A stretch of DNA of 64,000 nucleotides from Eledone cirrhosa (GCA_964016885.1 OZ024753.1:37634001-37698000); one strand, 5' to 3'; shown: positions 16,121 to 32,165, counted from the first letter of the stretch. Numbers and translations are program-made. The notes: generated from the letters alone by a model not told the origin.

Positions 16121-18704
16121 AAAAACTTTACAACAAAAAAATAATAAGAACAGTTTTGTTATTCGTCTGTTCTAAAAAATGGTTTGTTTAGATGCAACCG
16201 TTGTTGGTGTAGTTGTATCGTTGTCATTGTTGACATTACTGTTGTTATCGCTGTTGTTGTTGTTGGTGGTGGTGGTGGTGGTGGTGTCTTTGGCGTTGTT
16301 GTTGTTGTTGGGGTGTTATTGTCGTTGATGTTGTTTTTTGCCAAAATTGTTACTAACTTTATTCATCGACCTCGAAAAGATGGAATGCAAAGTTTACCTC
16401 GGTGTGGTTTGAACTTAGAGAGCAGAGAACCGGAACGAATACCGCGAAGCATTCTACCTGACGTTATAATGACTCTGTCAACTCACCATCTTGGTATTGT
16501 CGTGTTCCAAGTTTTATTTCTAGTGATACATTAACCATTTAGCTTTCTTTCTAAGATCTTTCTAGCCCTACCCTCTTATATTCTTCTCCAATTTTATCTT
16601 TCATTTCTTTCACCACACCTAAATATTTATATACCCGCACTGGTCCTTTAGTCGGTTTATTGCCTGCCTTATTATCCGAAAGATTTTACTATTTTCTTCT
16701 CTCTTTAATACAAACATGACACACTTTTTGTTAATGCGAATCTGTGTCCCAAATATGGCCGCTGGAATTATTTACAAAGTGTCTCAAACAAGACAACGCT
16801 TTATCATTTTTGAAATGAGATAAAAATTAATGGTTTTCTATAAACATTAAACATTAAATGTTTGATTGACCGACTAGTTATGGCCGGATACTAAATCCTT
16901 AAGTTGTTGCCAGGTCACAAAATTTAAACGCCAGATAATTTATTAAACAGGAAAAGAGAATAAAGAAAGAGGGAGGGGCAAATATAAGTAAGGAAAGAAG
17001 AGGAAAAGGGATGCGGAAAATTCTATATCCTTGCGATCAAGAGGGCGAAAGCATTGCCTCGGAGAACAGCCAGCGATGCCTGCTACACCAGCCATTCCAC
17101 CTGATAGGGCTCGTATGACAGGAAAGATGCCGTCGTACCAATTTTGCGACAACCCGGAGTGCTGAAAATACTGGAAGTATCTACGGCCTGAGTACCACGC
17201 CTGAGTACCAGTTAAATACTGGGGACGATTCCCCTCACCAAAACATTGCTGACCTTGTGCCTAAATTAGAAACCATGTTTTAAATATATTTTCACTCACA
17301 AATCAATGGCAGGCTTATGTTTCCTATTTATTTTAAAGTTACATCTACACCTGTTGTGTCCACTTTGCATCCTTTTTTAAACGTACGAACGTTCAGCATT
17401 AAATGTGGAACAAGGGAGGAGTTTCTGCTTACCAGGAGCAATGTTGTTTTGATTTTCACGCATATGGGAGGCACTTCCACCTCTTGTGTTTTATTGTTGC
17501 TCTTCAACACATTTTACTTGCTGATAGAATATTTTATTACGTTATCCATAAACACAACATTCTGTTTATAGTTGATTTATCGGCTGCAAACCTCAGTTTA
17601 TTTTCTCTGTATATTTACATTGATTCTATGTTTTTATTTAAACTATTACTCTCTTTATTTACACCTTGTTTTAATCTTGTTTTATTTTCAATTTATTTTC
17701 CCTGTGTGTTTACCTTAATTCATTCTTTTATTTACTTTCTTATATACTTCCTTCGCTTATATTTTCTTTCTAGTACTTCCTGGCTTTCATTTTCAGAGAC
17801 TTTTCTAAAAGTAAGGAGAACCGAGTCAGACCATTTTTTTTTATCTTCTACTTATCCCGCTAGTCTGATTTCTCATCATAATTATTTTTCTGTGTTTTTT
17901 TTATGTTTTCGCTCTTTTGATACCAACCCGTTCCTGAAATCCTTTCTGGTTCTATGATATAAAAATTTGTTTTAAAGTGGTTATATTTATCTAAAAACCT
18001 TCCATCATAATTGTTAAGTTACGTTTTATACACCAGCTAAATAATCATACTTGGCATAAAGCTAGCAATTTGGGGTAAAGGGAAAGTCGATTGATTATAT
18101 TTACCCCAGTTCTTAACTGGTACTTTATTTGATTGACACCGGAAGGATGAAAAACAAAGTTGACCACGAAGGAAACTCATTTACTAAATTTCACTTTTAG
18201 GACATTGGTCAACACGAGATTAGCAGAAGATACATGCTGAATGTGACGCACGTGTGGACTGAACCCAGACTAGCTGGGTGCATGGCGAACTCTTGAAGAA
18301 AGAAGAAGAAGAAGAAGAAGAAGAAGAAGAAGAAGAAGACGACAACTATATTATACTGTCTCCAATAATTGGCCAGCTAGTTGTGTTTTATAAACTGAGT
18401 CAATAAAAGATAGTCTGTTGTTATTGTTCTTTGTTGTTGTTGTAGTTTTTGTCTCTCATTTCTACAATATGGTTGCCATGTGAGGAGGCGAAACTTTACA
18501 TTTGTCATGTCAAAATGCCAAATGTTCTACTGGCAGTCTATTGTTTATGGATATTCCGAGGGGAGCCTTAAACAGGCTCCGTCTGATATGTATGTCCATC
18601 TAAAATAGCAAGAATAGTTTTGAATCGTTTCGTACCACTAGTACACATAACCGGTTTTCTGGAATTGTTATAGTCTTCTCTCTCTCTCTCTCTCTCTCTG
18701 TAAA

Positions 18705-18750
<46 letters not shown>

Positions 18751-18835
18751 CTACTCACTCAATGAGGTAATAGGCTTTTAAGTGAGAAAATATATACATA
18801 TATATATACATATATATATATATACATATATATAT

Positions 18836-19164
<329 letters not shown>

Positions 19165-19292
19165 ACATATACATAAATATATACATATATATATGTATGC
19201 ATATAAATATATATATATATATATAGATAGATAGATATAGATATAGATATAGATATATACATATATGCATATATTATATATATATATATATA

Positions 19293-19569
19293 TGCAAAAG
19301 TTCTATTTAAAATTGTTGGGTTACAACAAGTAAATATTTTATAACTGATATAAAGCACTCGACAAGTTTTTGGAGTAGATATACGATATTAAACAAATGG
19401 AAACTATATTTATAAAACCATATTTATTTCATTATACATGTTTCAGGGATACCATATTAAAAATATTTTATCTGACGAAGGCATGCCATATTTTTAATAT
19501 GGTATCCCTGAAATATGTATAATGAAATAAATATGGTTTTATAAATATAGTTTCCATTTGTTTAATATC

Positions 19570-19575
<6 letters not shown>
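19293..19575. mobile_element. Fold-back element family B with hammerhead motif
   Basis: Inverted arms span 19379-19575. CTGACGA at 19472, hairpin stem II, then GAAATATGTA; the mirror arm reads GAAACATGTA. Relatives lie at 28887-29240 and 29995-30215. Confidence 0.8.
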
Positions 19576-19640
<65 letters not shown>

Positions 19641-19648
<8 letters not shown>

Positions 19649-19965
19649 TAACAGATTAAAGTTTAAGCAAAGAATCGCTGCTTTCACCCTTAACGGGATC
19701 TTCTGAAACTGCCAGCGAACGTTACCACGAACCAAAGTATCGTCTTCCCGTCTTCCTCCGGCTGCAACGTTTTTTGAAATATCCAGTTCTGCGTTTACAG
19801 ATTGACTTTGTTAGTTTCAGAAGATCCCGTTAAGGGTGAAAGCAGCGATTCCTTGCTTAAACTTTAATCTGTTATTTTAATAAATATTTGCTCTACGGTT
19901 CTTATATATTTGATATATATTTTCCTTATCGAGCCCTCTTTGGATTTTAGTCTTCAATTTTATTA
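19641..19965. mobile_element. Fold-back element family D with CAGAAGA hammerhead-like motif in both arms
   Basis: Arms at 19641-19710 and 19813-19882; the tail matches 10277-10350 and 27470-27610. Confidence 0.8.
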
Positions 19966-19973
19966 TATATATA

Positions 19974-20195
19974 GTGAAGGCGTGTGGCTGAGTGGTTAGA
20001 GAATTGTATTCGCAATCGTAAGGTTGTGAGTTCGATTCCTGGACCAGGCGATGCGTTATGTCCTTGAGCAAGACACTTTATTTCACGTTGCTCCTTCTAC
20101 CTGGAGTTGCGACCGATAGATAGTATTAGCAATTGGAAAGACCAACGGAAACATTGTTCCCTCGGTCCGATTTGACAAAAAAAGTCGATCGTTCC

Positions 20196-20196
<1 letters not shown>
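19974..20196 (+). mobile_element. Young tRNA-derived SINE, full length
   Basis: A box tggctgagtggtt, B box gagttcgattcc, core tgtccttgagcaagacactttatttcac; four near-identical copies in the window. Confidence 0.9.
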
Positions 20197-20230
<34 letters not shown>

Positions 20231-20382
20231 TCTCGGTGGGATTTGAACTCAGAGTGCAGTAAGGTAAGCCACAACGAATAGAGAAGAGCATTCTATCCAC
20301 CGTTCAAACGACTGCACTTACGCCGCATATACACATGCCGTATATACACACTATACACACATACAAAAACACCTTCTCTCTC

Positions 20383-20443
<61 letters not shown>

Positions 20444-20519
20444 GGAGGAGTGGCATGTTTAAGAACAATAATATTGTATGTGTATATATGTATATCTGTA
20501 CATATGTATTTATGTGTAT

Positions 20520-21165
20520 ATGTGTGGTAATGTATATGTATGTATATGTGTGGTAATGTATATGTATGTATATGTGTGGTAATATATATATATATGTGTG
20601 GTAATGTATATGTATACGTGTGGTAATGTGTATATATGTATATATATGTATATGTGTGGTAATGTATATGTATGTATACATGTGTTAATGTTTATATATG
20701 TGTATATGTATATATATGTATATGTGTATATATGTATATATATATATGTATATGTGTATATATGTATATATATGTATATATATGTATGTATATATATATG
20801 TATATATATGTATATGTGTATATATGTATATATATGTATATGTGTATATATCTATATATATGTATATGTGTGGTAATGTGTATATATGTGTGGTAATGTA
20901 TATGTATACGTGTGGTAATGTGTATATATGTATATGTGTGGTAATGTATATGTATGTATACATGTGTTAATTTGTATATATGTGTATATGTATATATATG
21001 TATATGTGTATATATGTAATGTGTATATATGTATATGTGTATATATCTATATATATGTATATGTGTGGTAATGTGTATATACGGATATATATATATATAT
21101 ATGTGTGTGGTAATGTGTATATATGTATATATATATGTATATATATTTATGTATATGTGTGGTAA
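20520..21165. repeat. Compound minisatellite with recurring tgtggtaatgt marker
   Basis: The motif gtgtggtaat recurs more than ten times in a TA/TG background. Confidence 0.8.
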
Positions 21166-21710
21166 TACACTTCAATTATGTTACTAAGATTATATTATCG
21201 TTGACTTACTGATATGTCAAGCCAAAAATAATACCACGAATTAAAAAAAAAGAAACAAGAATACAAGTTTTTAAAAATCCAAAAAAAATGATATAGACAA
21301 GCATCAAGGCTGGTTTGAAATCACAGCCTCTGACTCATTCTGTACTTCATATTATAAATACGCCTAGTCTTATTTTCTTCCCCCCTGGCTATAGCAGTGG
21401 TCACTTCCGTTGACCACTTCAAATAATATTCTGTTTGTGTTTCTTTGTTTGTTGTTTGTTGTTTATTTTTCAACCCTATACGTATTTATGGCGACGAATT
21501 GGCAGAGTCATTAGAATGTCGGATAGAATGCCTTGTGGTATTTGTTCCTGCTCTATCCTCTCTGAGTTCAAATCCCACCGAGGTCAACTTTACCTTTCAT
21601 CCTTTCGAGGTCGATAAATAAAAGTACCAGTCTAGTACTGGGGTCGATTCTTCCTCTATATCTCTTTCACATTTCCTCTCTCTCACTTTTTATCTTTCTC
21701 TGGAAGAAAT

Positions 21711-23022
21711 CTGCTGTACTCAGGCTTGGAGAGGGATGGGCTCCACCAGGTTTAAACTACCCAAGAAACACCTGTATGTCAATACGGCGCTCCTACGATT
21801 CTATCAGGAGTTACGAGACCATACTATACGTATTTAGAATTTATACCGAAATCCAGCTAACATCCAACCCAAAACATGAATATTTAAAACGTGTTTATAT
21901 TTTATTTTGAAGTAATTATTTGAAATATTCTTAAACGAAGTAAGAAAAAGAAAGTTTATTGCTTCTTTTGATATATGAATCTGAACAAAATATACTTCCA
22001 AACACAATTTCCTAATTATCCAAGTTATACATATACTCTACATACATCTTGTACTCGGGACATTCCTTTCATCAGCTACTGGTAAAGATTTCAATGATTT
22101 CGGACAACTTCTGACAGTATCGTTCCTTCCAGCGGTACCAAGTCGCGTTAATGCAACTAGAGAATATCTGGATTTTTTGTCTAGTCTGTATGTAAGTATG
22201 TATGTATATGTGTACGTCACTATGTGTACGTCACTATATGTGTACGTCACTATGTCAGGTCACCAGTTGGTGCTATTGGCAACATGTATCCCAGTACAAC
22301 CTGGCTCATGGTCGAGTCCTTGGCGACTAAACTGGCAACCCCACTAAGGTTTCTTGGTGAGGAGGGTGACTTTGGACATCCTGTAGGACTAAAAACAAAA
22401 CCTGTCAAAGAGCAAAGGAGCTCTTAAGAGTCAATGGCCATCCAAAATCACCGGGAGAGATGACCTTTGTCAAGGCAGAATTCTAGGAGAAGGAAAACTC
22501 TGATATAACACCTGCAATCCTGAGGGTATCCAATGATGTTGTCTTGTTCTTCTTTTTGGTAAATATCATCTTGGTTAAGAGAGTGGGACTGGCTTTGTGC
22601 AGTGCCTTTGCTCACTATAAAAGCTTCACGGTACAGGCATTGCTTTATATCTGGAGATCTCTCTGCACTTGCCGTCACATGGTACCATGGGCCCAGCACT
22701 ATGTGTCAGTAATTGTCACAAGTGTAGTGTTTGTACCAGAGTTTTCAAGTCGCTGGCTGGACTAAAAAGTCACACTCGTTCAGCGCATCGGTAGGGGTTC
22801 TCCTACATGGATATAAAGTAGTGGCCGTACTCGAAAACGAGTTGGCAGCCACCATATGTGTACGTGCGTGGATGTAACGTATATACCTGCTGTACTCAGG
22901 TCTGGAGAGGGATGGGGCACCGCCAGGTTTAAACTACCCAAGAAACACTGCATGTCAATACGGTGCCCCTACGACTCTATCAGGAGTTACGGGACCATAC
23001 TATACGTATTTAGAATTTATAC
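21711..23022 (+). repeat. 136-bp direct repeats (21711-21846, 22887-23022) enclosing a dispersed repeat and a nested insertion
   Basis: Both repeats run ctgctgtactcagg..ccatactatacgtatttagaatttatac; the internal segment recurs at about 32253-32655. Confidence 0.8.
22248..22853 (+). mobile_element. Non-autonomous RTE-derived element with terminal C2H2 zinc-finger remnant and 12-bp TSD
   Basis: 22717-22794 encodes [28 protein letters not shown] atatgtgtacgt at 22206-22217 and 22854-22865; an empty site lies at 32624-32635. Confidence 0.8.
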
Positions 23023-23330
23023 TTTTAACTTGCTTTTATTCTTCTATTCTTTTACTGGTTTCAGTCATTGAACTGCGGCGATGCTGGAGCACCACCATAA
23101 ACTGATTATTTGTTTTTGTTTTGTTTTTTAGTTTATAATGTCGACCATAGTAGTTAGAAACGAACTCCTTAACCACACAGCCATGCCTATGCCTAATTAG
23201 TTAACTTAGAATGTTAAAAATAAAAATAAATATTTATAATAATAATAATAATAACCTAAGCCTCGATCAAATTTGTCTTATGTTCTGCTCTGTATCGAGG
23301 GAGGGGGGAGAAAGAGACAAACAGAGAGAG

Positions 23331-23397
<67 letters not shown>

Positions 23398-24560
23398 AAA
23401 AAGAAAGAAAGTCGAACTACTCAATGACATTTTAAAAAATAGCAAGTGCCTACTTCCGGCAAAATATTCATCTACTTCCGCTCCTCGTTCAACTGTTATG
23501 ACATCTCAACCTTCGTGTGATTGGTGTTAAACAATCATATGGATCTCCTTCTCTAGAAAAGAAGAGAACAAAACAAAGGAGTTTTGCGATGTATTTTTTG
23601 GTTTCTAATTAAACCAATCTCTCTCGTCTCCCTTTTTGAAAATTGGGATTATCATCCCTGATTGTTATTGTTCCAGAGATCCAGGCCACTCGACACACAC
23701 GAGTCAGGCAAAAAAAATATCTCCTCTGTTTAAGACTTTTTAACATCGCGGGCCGAATTTCATCCTCCTCAGAGGCCTTGTCACATTTGAGCTCTTTAAT
23801 TGTTCTTGTGGCCTAAGCCTCAGAGAGATTAGTCATTCCTTCCTGATGCCCCTCGTTTACATCAGCAGATGTTGTTATGACCAGATTTAGGAGATCAGCA
23901 AAGTATTTTTCCCCACCTCGTGAGGATGCACTTCTCTGAAGAGAGGAGAACCCTAGGCGTGTTCCTGATAGCAGACTATTATTAGAGGGTCGGACGTCAT
24001 GCTTTGACGCATAGAATTACGGCCCTTTCCATTCTGAGTTCAAATCCCGCCGAGGTCAACTTTGCCTTTCATCCTTACGGGGTCGATAAAATAAAGTACC
24101 AGTAATGTACTGGGTAATTGCTGGCCTTGTGCCAAAAGTAGAAACAATTATTATGAAGTCGGAGGATCGTCTGCCAGAATACTTTATTTATTGATCTAAA
24201 GTCGGATTCTAGCTTAACCCCAAAGTCTTCCTATGTCTTAAGCTTGAACAACTTTACTGTCTTTCTCTCTATATAGTAAACCTTTTACTATCAATATCTA
24301 TAGTATAATAGTATATGGGATTTTACATAGTAACTGTAATGTTTCGTTTAGTTTTATTGTTTTTCAACAATTTTCAAATTCGTTTATCTTCGTAAACTGA
24401 TCTTCGTAAATTAAGGGTGGTACGATTTCAGCATTTCCTGGTTACATCTAAAAATATCCTCGAAACAAATAAAATGAACAAACCACTAACAGCTTAACAG
24501 GTTCCTGTTTAGTGGGGGGAATCATTTGAAGTTCCCAATATCATGTTGGTTTTCTAAAAT

Positions 24561-24598
<38 letters not shown>

Positions 24599-24631
24599 CA
24601 CACACACATATATATATGTGTGTGTGTGTAC

Positions 24632-24662
<31 letters not shown>

Positions 24663-24718
24663 CATACACACACATATATATATTTGTGTGTGTGTGTGTA
24701 TATACAATATATATATAC

Positions 24719-24787
<69 letters not shown>

Positions 24788-24842
24788 TACACGCACACAT
24801 ATATATATATATATATATATATTTACATATATATATATACAT

Positions 24843-24973
<131 letters not shown>

Positions 24974-24984
24974 CATATATATAT

Positions 24985-25081
<97 letters not shown>

Positions 25082-25649
25082 CATATATATATATACATAC
25101 ATACATATATATATATATATCGGTCTATTGCTAAGAGCCTATTTGTGGGTAACTTTTAAAATATAACTTAAACTTATATGGTGATTATGAACAGATTAAA
25201 ATGACGGAGAGAACGGAGGAAAACTTAAATTAAAAGTAAATGTCCTTGCAATAATGTTGGTCGAATCAATTGGAACACTCATCGTCGTAACCGACGGAGG
25301 ACTAGTTAATATAGTTAAATTTAAAAAAATATCGTGTAGAGTTGAAACTATGGTCACCAAATAGTGTATACGGCCTACAGTACAAAATTCCTTTCTGTGT
25401 AAAATGCCAAGATGCAACAATGTCATTTGTTTTACCAATTACAAGCCCTTCCTTAAATATTGTTTCTACCTTTGGCACAAGGCCAGCAATTATCCAGTAC
25501 ATTACTGGTACTTTATTTTATCGACCCCGCAAGGATGAAAGGCAAAGTCAACCTCGGCGGGATTTGAACTCAGATCGTAAAGGGACGTAACTATGCTGGA
25601 AAGCATGGCGTCCGACCCTCTACCGATACTGCCAATCCACCAGCCCTTC

Positions 25650-25849
25650 NNNNNNNNNNNNNNNNNNNNNNNNNNNNNNNNNNNNNNNNNNNNNNNNNNN
25701 NNNNNNNNNNNNNNNNNNNNNNNNNNNNNNNNNNNNNNNNNNNNNNNNNNNNNNNNNNNNNNNNNNNNNNNNNNNNNNNNNNNNNNNNNNNNNNNNNNNN
25801 NNNNNNNNNNNNNNNNNNNNNNNNNNNNNNNNNNNNNNNNNNNNNNNNN
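25650..25849. other. Assembly gap (200 N)
   Basis: Run of N. Confidence 1.
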
Positions 25850-26051
25850 CACCAGCCCTTCCTTAAATATTATGCGAGAAGTATTTCTGCAGCCTCTTGG
25901 AATATTGTAAGACAATACTGTCTGTTGTTTTTCAATATAAATAATTCAGCATTATCTTTCAGTTTTGAATTTTAATCTCTTTCACACTACCACTGTACCA
26001 CTGTCTTTTCTTCCGTTCATTTACGGGGTATGTGCGTACGTGTCTGTAGAT

Positions 26052-26097
<46 letters not shown>

Positions 26098-26353
26098 GGG
26101 GGGGGGGGGGGGGGTAGATAGGTAGATAGATAGCAAAGAGGGTATATGTAATGTATATACATATGTATATATACTATACATATATATATGTGTGTGTGTG
26201 TGTGTGTGTATAGTATATATACATATGTATATACATTACATATACATACGTATATATATATATTTATATATATATATATGTGTGTATATATATATATACG
26301 TATGCATATACATGTATTGTGTGTATATATATATATATAATGTATATATACAT

Positions 26354-26609
<256 letters not shown>

Positions 26610-26610
26610 T

Positions 26611-26683
<73 letters not shown>

Positions 26684-27052
26684 GGTGATGATGATGAAAT
26701 TTCAAATAAATTCGTTCAAACATAAATGACTTTAATAATAGGTGATCATTATAAATAATATTTAAGAAAATCGGGTAAAGTTGCCCTGGAGACGAAACAA
26801 AGTGGAAGAAGGCGCCATTTACGTTGCGATGACTATATTTCATATTTTTAATTTTTCCAGTCTTAAGTCAACCAGATATATATAGGCACACACACACAAA
26901 TACACGCACACACACATATATATATATGTATATATATATATATTTATATATATATATATATTTTTATATATATGTATGTATATGCATATATATGTGCGTG
27001 TGTATATGCATATATGTATACATATATATGTGTGTGTTTGTGTGTGTGTGCA

Positions 27053-27106
<54 letters not shown>

Positions 27107-27119
27107 TACACACACACAT

Positions 27120-27162
<43 letters not shown>

Positions 27163-27506
27163 ATTATATTACAAATGGGTCAAAAATATCTATTTTCCTG
27201 TTCTTTAAATGTGTTTTTCTTTACAAAACAGAATATACATTGTACAAGAAATTGAGACTGTGTCAACAGAATGTCTACATGTCTATTCTACACATAGCAG
27301 ATTTATGTACTATATAGTAATATCTTAATATTAGCACAGTTTTAGATAAGATAGTCGCTATAAGCGGTCTTCCTCATGACCAGTTATGTTTACATAGAAT
27401 AGATCACTTCAAAATTCAATATTGATAAATCGGTCCTTTGACATCTACGTTCTGAGTCATATATGTATAGCCCTCTTTGGATTTTAGTCTTCACATTTAT
27501 TATTAT

Positions 27507-27566
<60 letters not shown>

Positions 27567-27727
27567 AGACTAAAATCCAAAGAGGGCTCAATAAGGATAA
27601 ATATATATCAAATATATATATCAGATATATATATGTATATATATATATAATATATATATATACATATTATATATATATATATATAATATTTATATATATA
27701 TAATATATATATATATACATATTATAT

Positions 27728-27759
<32 letters not shown>

Positions 27760-27821
27760 GTGTGCGTGTGTGTGTGTGTAAAAGGTAAACAGAAATAACA
27801 ACACAGTATAAGGTATATATA

Positions 27822-27865
<44 letters not shown>

Positions 27866-28524
27866 TTCATATATATATGTATATACATATACATATATAT
27901 ATGTGTGTGTGTGTGTGTGTATAGAACACACTATGTAACGCTGAATCTCATTGTGAAGTATCTTAAGGGTACACGTGTCTGTGGATGGAAGGCTCAGCCA
28001 CTTACACATTAATTTCCCCGGGCAGGTTGTTCCGTTGGTCAAACAAACAAACAACTGTGATATGTTGGAGATTCCATCGCAACTGACAGAATCTCCAACA
28101 TATAAAAAAGCAAATATTGCTGAACGACGGAGTGTTGAAATATATTCTAACTATTAGAATCAGCTATTTAATTTCACTGTAATCCTTATGTCAATAATGT
28201 ATTTGTAAAAAACATTGACTGTTACACCACATTAACTCTCACCACCACCACCACCATCGATGTGTCTGTTTTCTAGTTGACATTTAAAAACAACTTTATT
28301 TGTTTATCCAATCATATAAATATTATATCTACCTACTGTATCACGTTTGTTTGCTTATTTGTAGGCTTATTTTATATTCCAAGTCGCACAAGTAAAAATA
28401 CATCACACTGAGATATTTTCACGTGATGCTGTGATGCGAAATAATATCTTACAAATGTTCCAACACTTTATTACGTTTGCAATATTTATAGTAAATATTT
28501 TAGAAAATCTTAAACTCCAAACTG

Positions 28525-28576
<52 letters not shown>

Positions 28577-28622
28577 CTTTTCTTGATGAGACTTTCCAAG
28601 TATTTAGCCATGTTTTATATTG

Positions 28623-28692
28623 CCTCGTCTGACGAACGAATGAAAACGTTTCTTTCGTATTCGTCTCATTCGGGAAACCTCTAGTAATGAGG
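28623..28692 (+). ncRNA. Type I hammerhead ribozyme
   Basis: cctcgt-CTGACGA-a cgaatga..tcattcg g-GAAAC-ctcta-GTA-atgagg; stem I cctcgt/atgagg includes one G-U pair. Confidence 0.75.
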
Positions 28693-28794
28693 TAATTATA
28701 TTGTATTGATTTTTATACATAAAATTTTGCTCTGGTACTTACATAGAGCACTCTTCACTTCTATGACCCTTTTCTGTTTTCAACGGAAATTTCA

Positions 28795-28886
<92 letters not shown>

Positions 28887-28889
<3 letters not shown>

Positions 28890-29232
28890 ATATTCAATAT
28901 ATTAACAAATGGAAACTATATTTATAAAACCATATTTATTTCATTATACATATTTCAAGGGCCACCAGATTCCAACCAGAATGGTTGCATTTTTTAAGGG
29001 TATGTCAATATTTATTTATAAAACTAGCTTTTATTATATTTTATCTAATGAAAGCGCACCATAGTTTACTTTGGTGGCCCTTGAAATATGTATAATGAAA
29101 TAAATATGGTTTTATAAATATAGTTTCCATTTGTTAATATATTGTATATTTACTCCAATAATTTGTTGAGTGCTTTATATCAGTTATAAAAATATTTTGC
29201 TTGTTGTATCCCAACAAATTAAATATAACCTC

Positions 29233-29240
<8 letters not shown>
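28887..29240. mobile_element. Fold-back element family B, older copy with degenerate core (CTAATGA)
   Basis: Inverted arms at about 28895-28968 and 29072-29143; homologous to 19293-19575. Confidence 0.75.
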
Positions 29241-29294
<54 letters not shown>

Positions 29295-29359
29295 TAGATA
29301 GATATATATATAAAGGATCAAAAAGAACAGAAAGATGCAGTAAAAGAGATTTATTCGGT

Positions 29360-29474
29360 TCTAACGTACGTTTCAATAGACATCAATTTGCCTAGATCTC
29401 GCTGCATCTATAATATTATATAGTTAGTAGAGCATTCGACATCCAATGCACAATCGATTCCATATCATCAGAGA
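29360..29474 (-). ncRNA. Type I hammerhead motif with long stem II
   Basis: Minus strand: tct-CTGATGA-tatggaatcgatt..aattgatgtctatt-GAAAC-gtac-GTT-aga; palindromic stem III aacgtacgtt. Confidence 0.65.
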
Positions 29475-29579
29475 TTATGTTTACCGTACCAGAATGTTCA
29501 GGTTTTTATAGGAATTCATGTGAAGTTGAAGTAGAGAGGAAGGAAAACCTGGAAAACCTTAATGCACTCGTGCATAACC

Positions 29580-29684
<105 letters not shown>

Positions 29685-29918
29685 CAAGTGGAAGTTCAGT
29701 AAAATCGAAGTTTTGGCTGTCTGTGGCCAAGCTCACGATATACAATCAGGAATGTGCAGCAAAGCACTCGATAAGGTTGTGTCACCTTAGAGTAATAACA
29801 CGTTAGAAAGCTTGACAAATTGAAGACTGCGACCGGCGACCCAGTCACATGAACCAAAGCAACGCGAAAACCAACTCAGGAATTTTTGACAAACCTGGAC
29901 AATCTCATCGATATTATG

Positions 29919-29966
<48 letters not shown>

Positions 29967-29994
29967 TTATATATATATATATATTTATATATAC

Positions 29995-30436
<442 letters not shown>

Positions 30437-30466
30437 AGATCAAAAGATGGTTAAAGGAGTTCCATG

Positions 30467-30537
30467 TATTTTATTATGCGCATTTCAAAAACAAACATCA
30501 TCATGCAATAATATTTGTGTTTTCATCAGATAAAACA
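30467..30537 (-). ncRNA. Type I hammerhead ribozyme (AUA site)
   Basis: Minus strand: tgttttat-CTGATGA-aaacacaaatattat..atgatgtttgttttt-GAAAT-gcgc-ATA-ataaaata; 8-bp stem I; palindromic stem III atgcgcat. Confidence 0.8.
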
Positions 30538-30634
30538 GGAGAACATGATATGAAGGCTAAAAAACACTTGTGGATAGTGCAGTTTTAAATCAACATATAT
30601 ATATATATATATATATATCAACTAGAAATTGATT

Positions 30635-30695
<61 letters not shown>

Positions 30696-30891
30696 AACAA
30701 ATGATACAATCATGGCGCATATCTCTCAGACATGACACCCTTAATTTAATTTTGTATATATATATATATATATTTATGTAATAAACAACATAAGGCAATT
30801 ATTCCATTTACCATGGTTTCTTAAAAGCTCTGTTACCTACATAGAGCACTATTTTTTCCTGGACTTTTCCGACGGAATTACTTCATTCACA

Positions 30892-30951
<60 letters not shown>

Positions 30952-31024
30952 CATACATATACATATATATATAAGTAGGATCGAAGTCACTGTTACATCA
31001 TATTGCAATTGTTTCAATATCGTA

Positions 31025-31103
<79 letters not shown>

Positions 31104-31471
31104 GCATCTATATATACATATATATATATATACATTTAATTTATATATATATATAAAGGTTATCTCACATTTGATTAATTACCTTTATCCAGTTATTTGT
31201 TTATTCGTCAATATATCCGCGTTTATTCTTTTTTTTTCTTTTTAAAACGTAAGATGTTTGTCTTTACAAAGCATATAAGATAAGAGCCTCTATGAAGAGG
31301 TTGTTGAGACATATAAGCATTCTCATGGCCTTCATAAGCAAGTGACATTCACAATAATGTTTGCAATCACTTCAGTGTCATCTAGTACAAAACACTTGAT
31401 AGCTTTTCTTAGACATTTTCCAATAGAGTTGGTGATATATGGGAATTATAATGAGGTCACGATTGATGCAT

Positions 31472-31612
<141 letters not shown>

Positions 31613-31613
31613 G

Positions 31614-31645
<32 letters not shown>

Positions 31646-31672
31646 TATATGTATATTAAAATAACAGGAATA

Positions 31673-31748
<76 letters not shown>

Positions 31749-31751
31749 TAT

Positions 31752-31945
31752 TCCTGTTATTTTAATGTTTTTCCACCACTCCTCCTTCACACCCTCTCGG
31801 AACTCCTCTCCTTCCCACCATTCTCCTGATGAAGGGCATATGCCCAAAACGTCGTCCCCCACACCCCACTCTCAGGCGTGAACCTAATAACTAACTTTCG
31901 TAACTGTATTCCTCCTTGTTGTTGTTATTTACTTTTCCAATTTTT
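31752..31945 (+). mobile_element. Penelope pLTR-like repeat with degenerate hammerhead
   Basis: CTGATGA-agggc atat gccc-AAAACGTC (G-to-A change in GAAA). The tail is shared with 12895-12990 and 39065-39150, and more distantly with 6330-6450 (TTGATGA..GAAACGTT). Confidence 0.6.
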
Positions 31946-31946
31946 T

Positions 31947-32165
31947 GAACGATCGACTTTCGTTAAATCGGACCGAGGGAACAATATTTCCGTTGGTCTT
32001 TCCAATTGCTAATACTATCTATCGGTCGCAACTCCAGGTAGAAGGAGCAACGTGAAATAAAGTGTCTTGCTCAAGGACATAACGCATCGCCTGGTCCAGG
32101 AATCGAACTCACAACCTTACGATTGCGAATCCAATTCCCTAACCACTCAAACACACGCCTTCACT
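31947..32165 (-). mobile_element. Young tRNA-derived SINE
   Basis: Reverse complement of 19974-20196. Confidence 0.85.

Noticed and set aside
19974-20050. tRNA gene
   Set aside because: The A/B boxes belong to a multicopy SINE head with no proper acceptor stem.
23440-23490. ETS-like acttccgg motifs (also 38567) as promoters
   Set aside because: No associated exon or gene could be identified.
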